Shown piece after piece: positions 63,720-64,000 of a stretch of 64,000 nucleotides of DNA. The position numbers and the translations under genes were made by a program. The stretch covers positions 186,001 through 250,000 of the forward strand of contig CM039004.1 of assembly GCA_017499595.2 (NCBI GenBank), read 5' to 3'. Under the pieces are notes generated by a model. The model saw nothing but the letters and a program-made list of their open reading frames with translations, searched no databases and had not been told where the DNA came from. This stretch comes from Psilocybe cubensis (Eukaryota). The first letter of the stretch is position 1; the number at the start of each line of letters is the position of its first letter.

Positions 63720-64000
63720 TTATTCATTCTGCAGAAGATCCGCCTCCATCTTGCTATATAGCGCGATATTGTCATCTACTTCTTGTATATTCTGGCTGAT
63801 GCGCAGTAATTCCTGCATGGCGCATCTCTTCCTTCTTTTTTCACTCTCAATCAACATTCGAACAAGATCGAGTTTGCTGTAACTGGAAAGATTCTGGGTA
63901 TCTGTTGAATTATGTTAGTAAATACCACGATGTAGAACTCGTTTGAAACTTACGTGTGTCTTGTTTGGGCTCTGGTTTCGGTTCAGGATTTGACGATGAT
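63720..64000 (-). CDS. 3' end of an unknown gene running off the window (helical/coiled-coil-like C-terminus)
   Basis: ...SSSNPEPKPEPKQDT, intron GTAAGT...TACTAAC...CAG (~63902-63953), then HTQNLSSYSKLDLVRMLIESEKRRKRCAMQELLRISQNIQEVDDNIALYSKMEADLLQNE* in frame. Confidence 0.65.

Overview
Intron-rich fungal DNA, most likely from an agaricomycete (basidiomycete), judged from ~45-70 nt GT(G/A)AGT...YAG introns, a Plavaka-type transposase relic and gene content. About 53.6 kb (1832-55417) is one tandem array with period 7,837 bp and architecture A-(B-A)x6: seven ~1.92-kb 'A' segments and six ~5.92-kb 'B' segments. The internal units look essentially identical. The first A is diverged only in its left part and the last A only in its right part, so every internal A is a recombinant with its crossover inside 2353-2848. 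B has no credible protein gene. It has two divergent TATA/CT-rich promoter-like sites, each pointing toward a repeat-built arm packed with short, canonical-looking spliceosomal introns that do not splice into an ORF; these are putative spliced non-coding transcripts converging on A. An intact, very young Ty1/copia retrotransposon (39037-43670; identical 181-bp LTRs, GACAT target-site duplication, 1389-aa gag-pol) sits in the fifth B copy only. Right of the array are ordinary genes: a secreted two-WSC-domain protein, a small membrane protein, a Plavaka transposase fragment inside a local duplication, a glycolipid transfer protein (HET-C2-like), and the 3' end of an unknown gene. All comparisons were made by eye plus the ORF track; no database searches were run.
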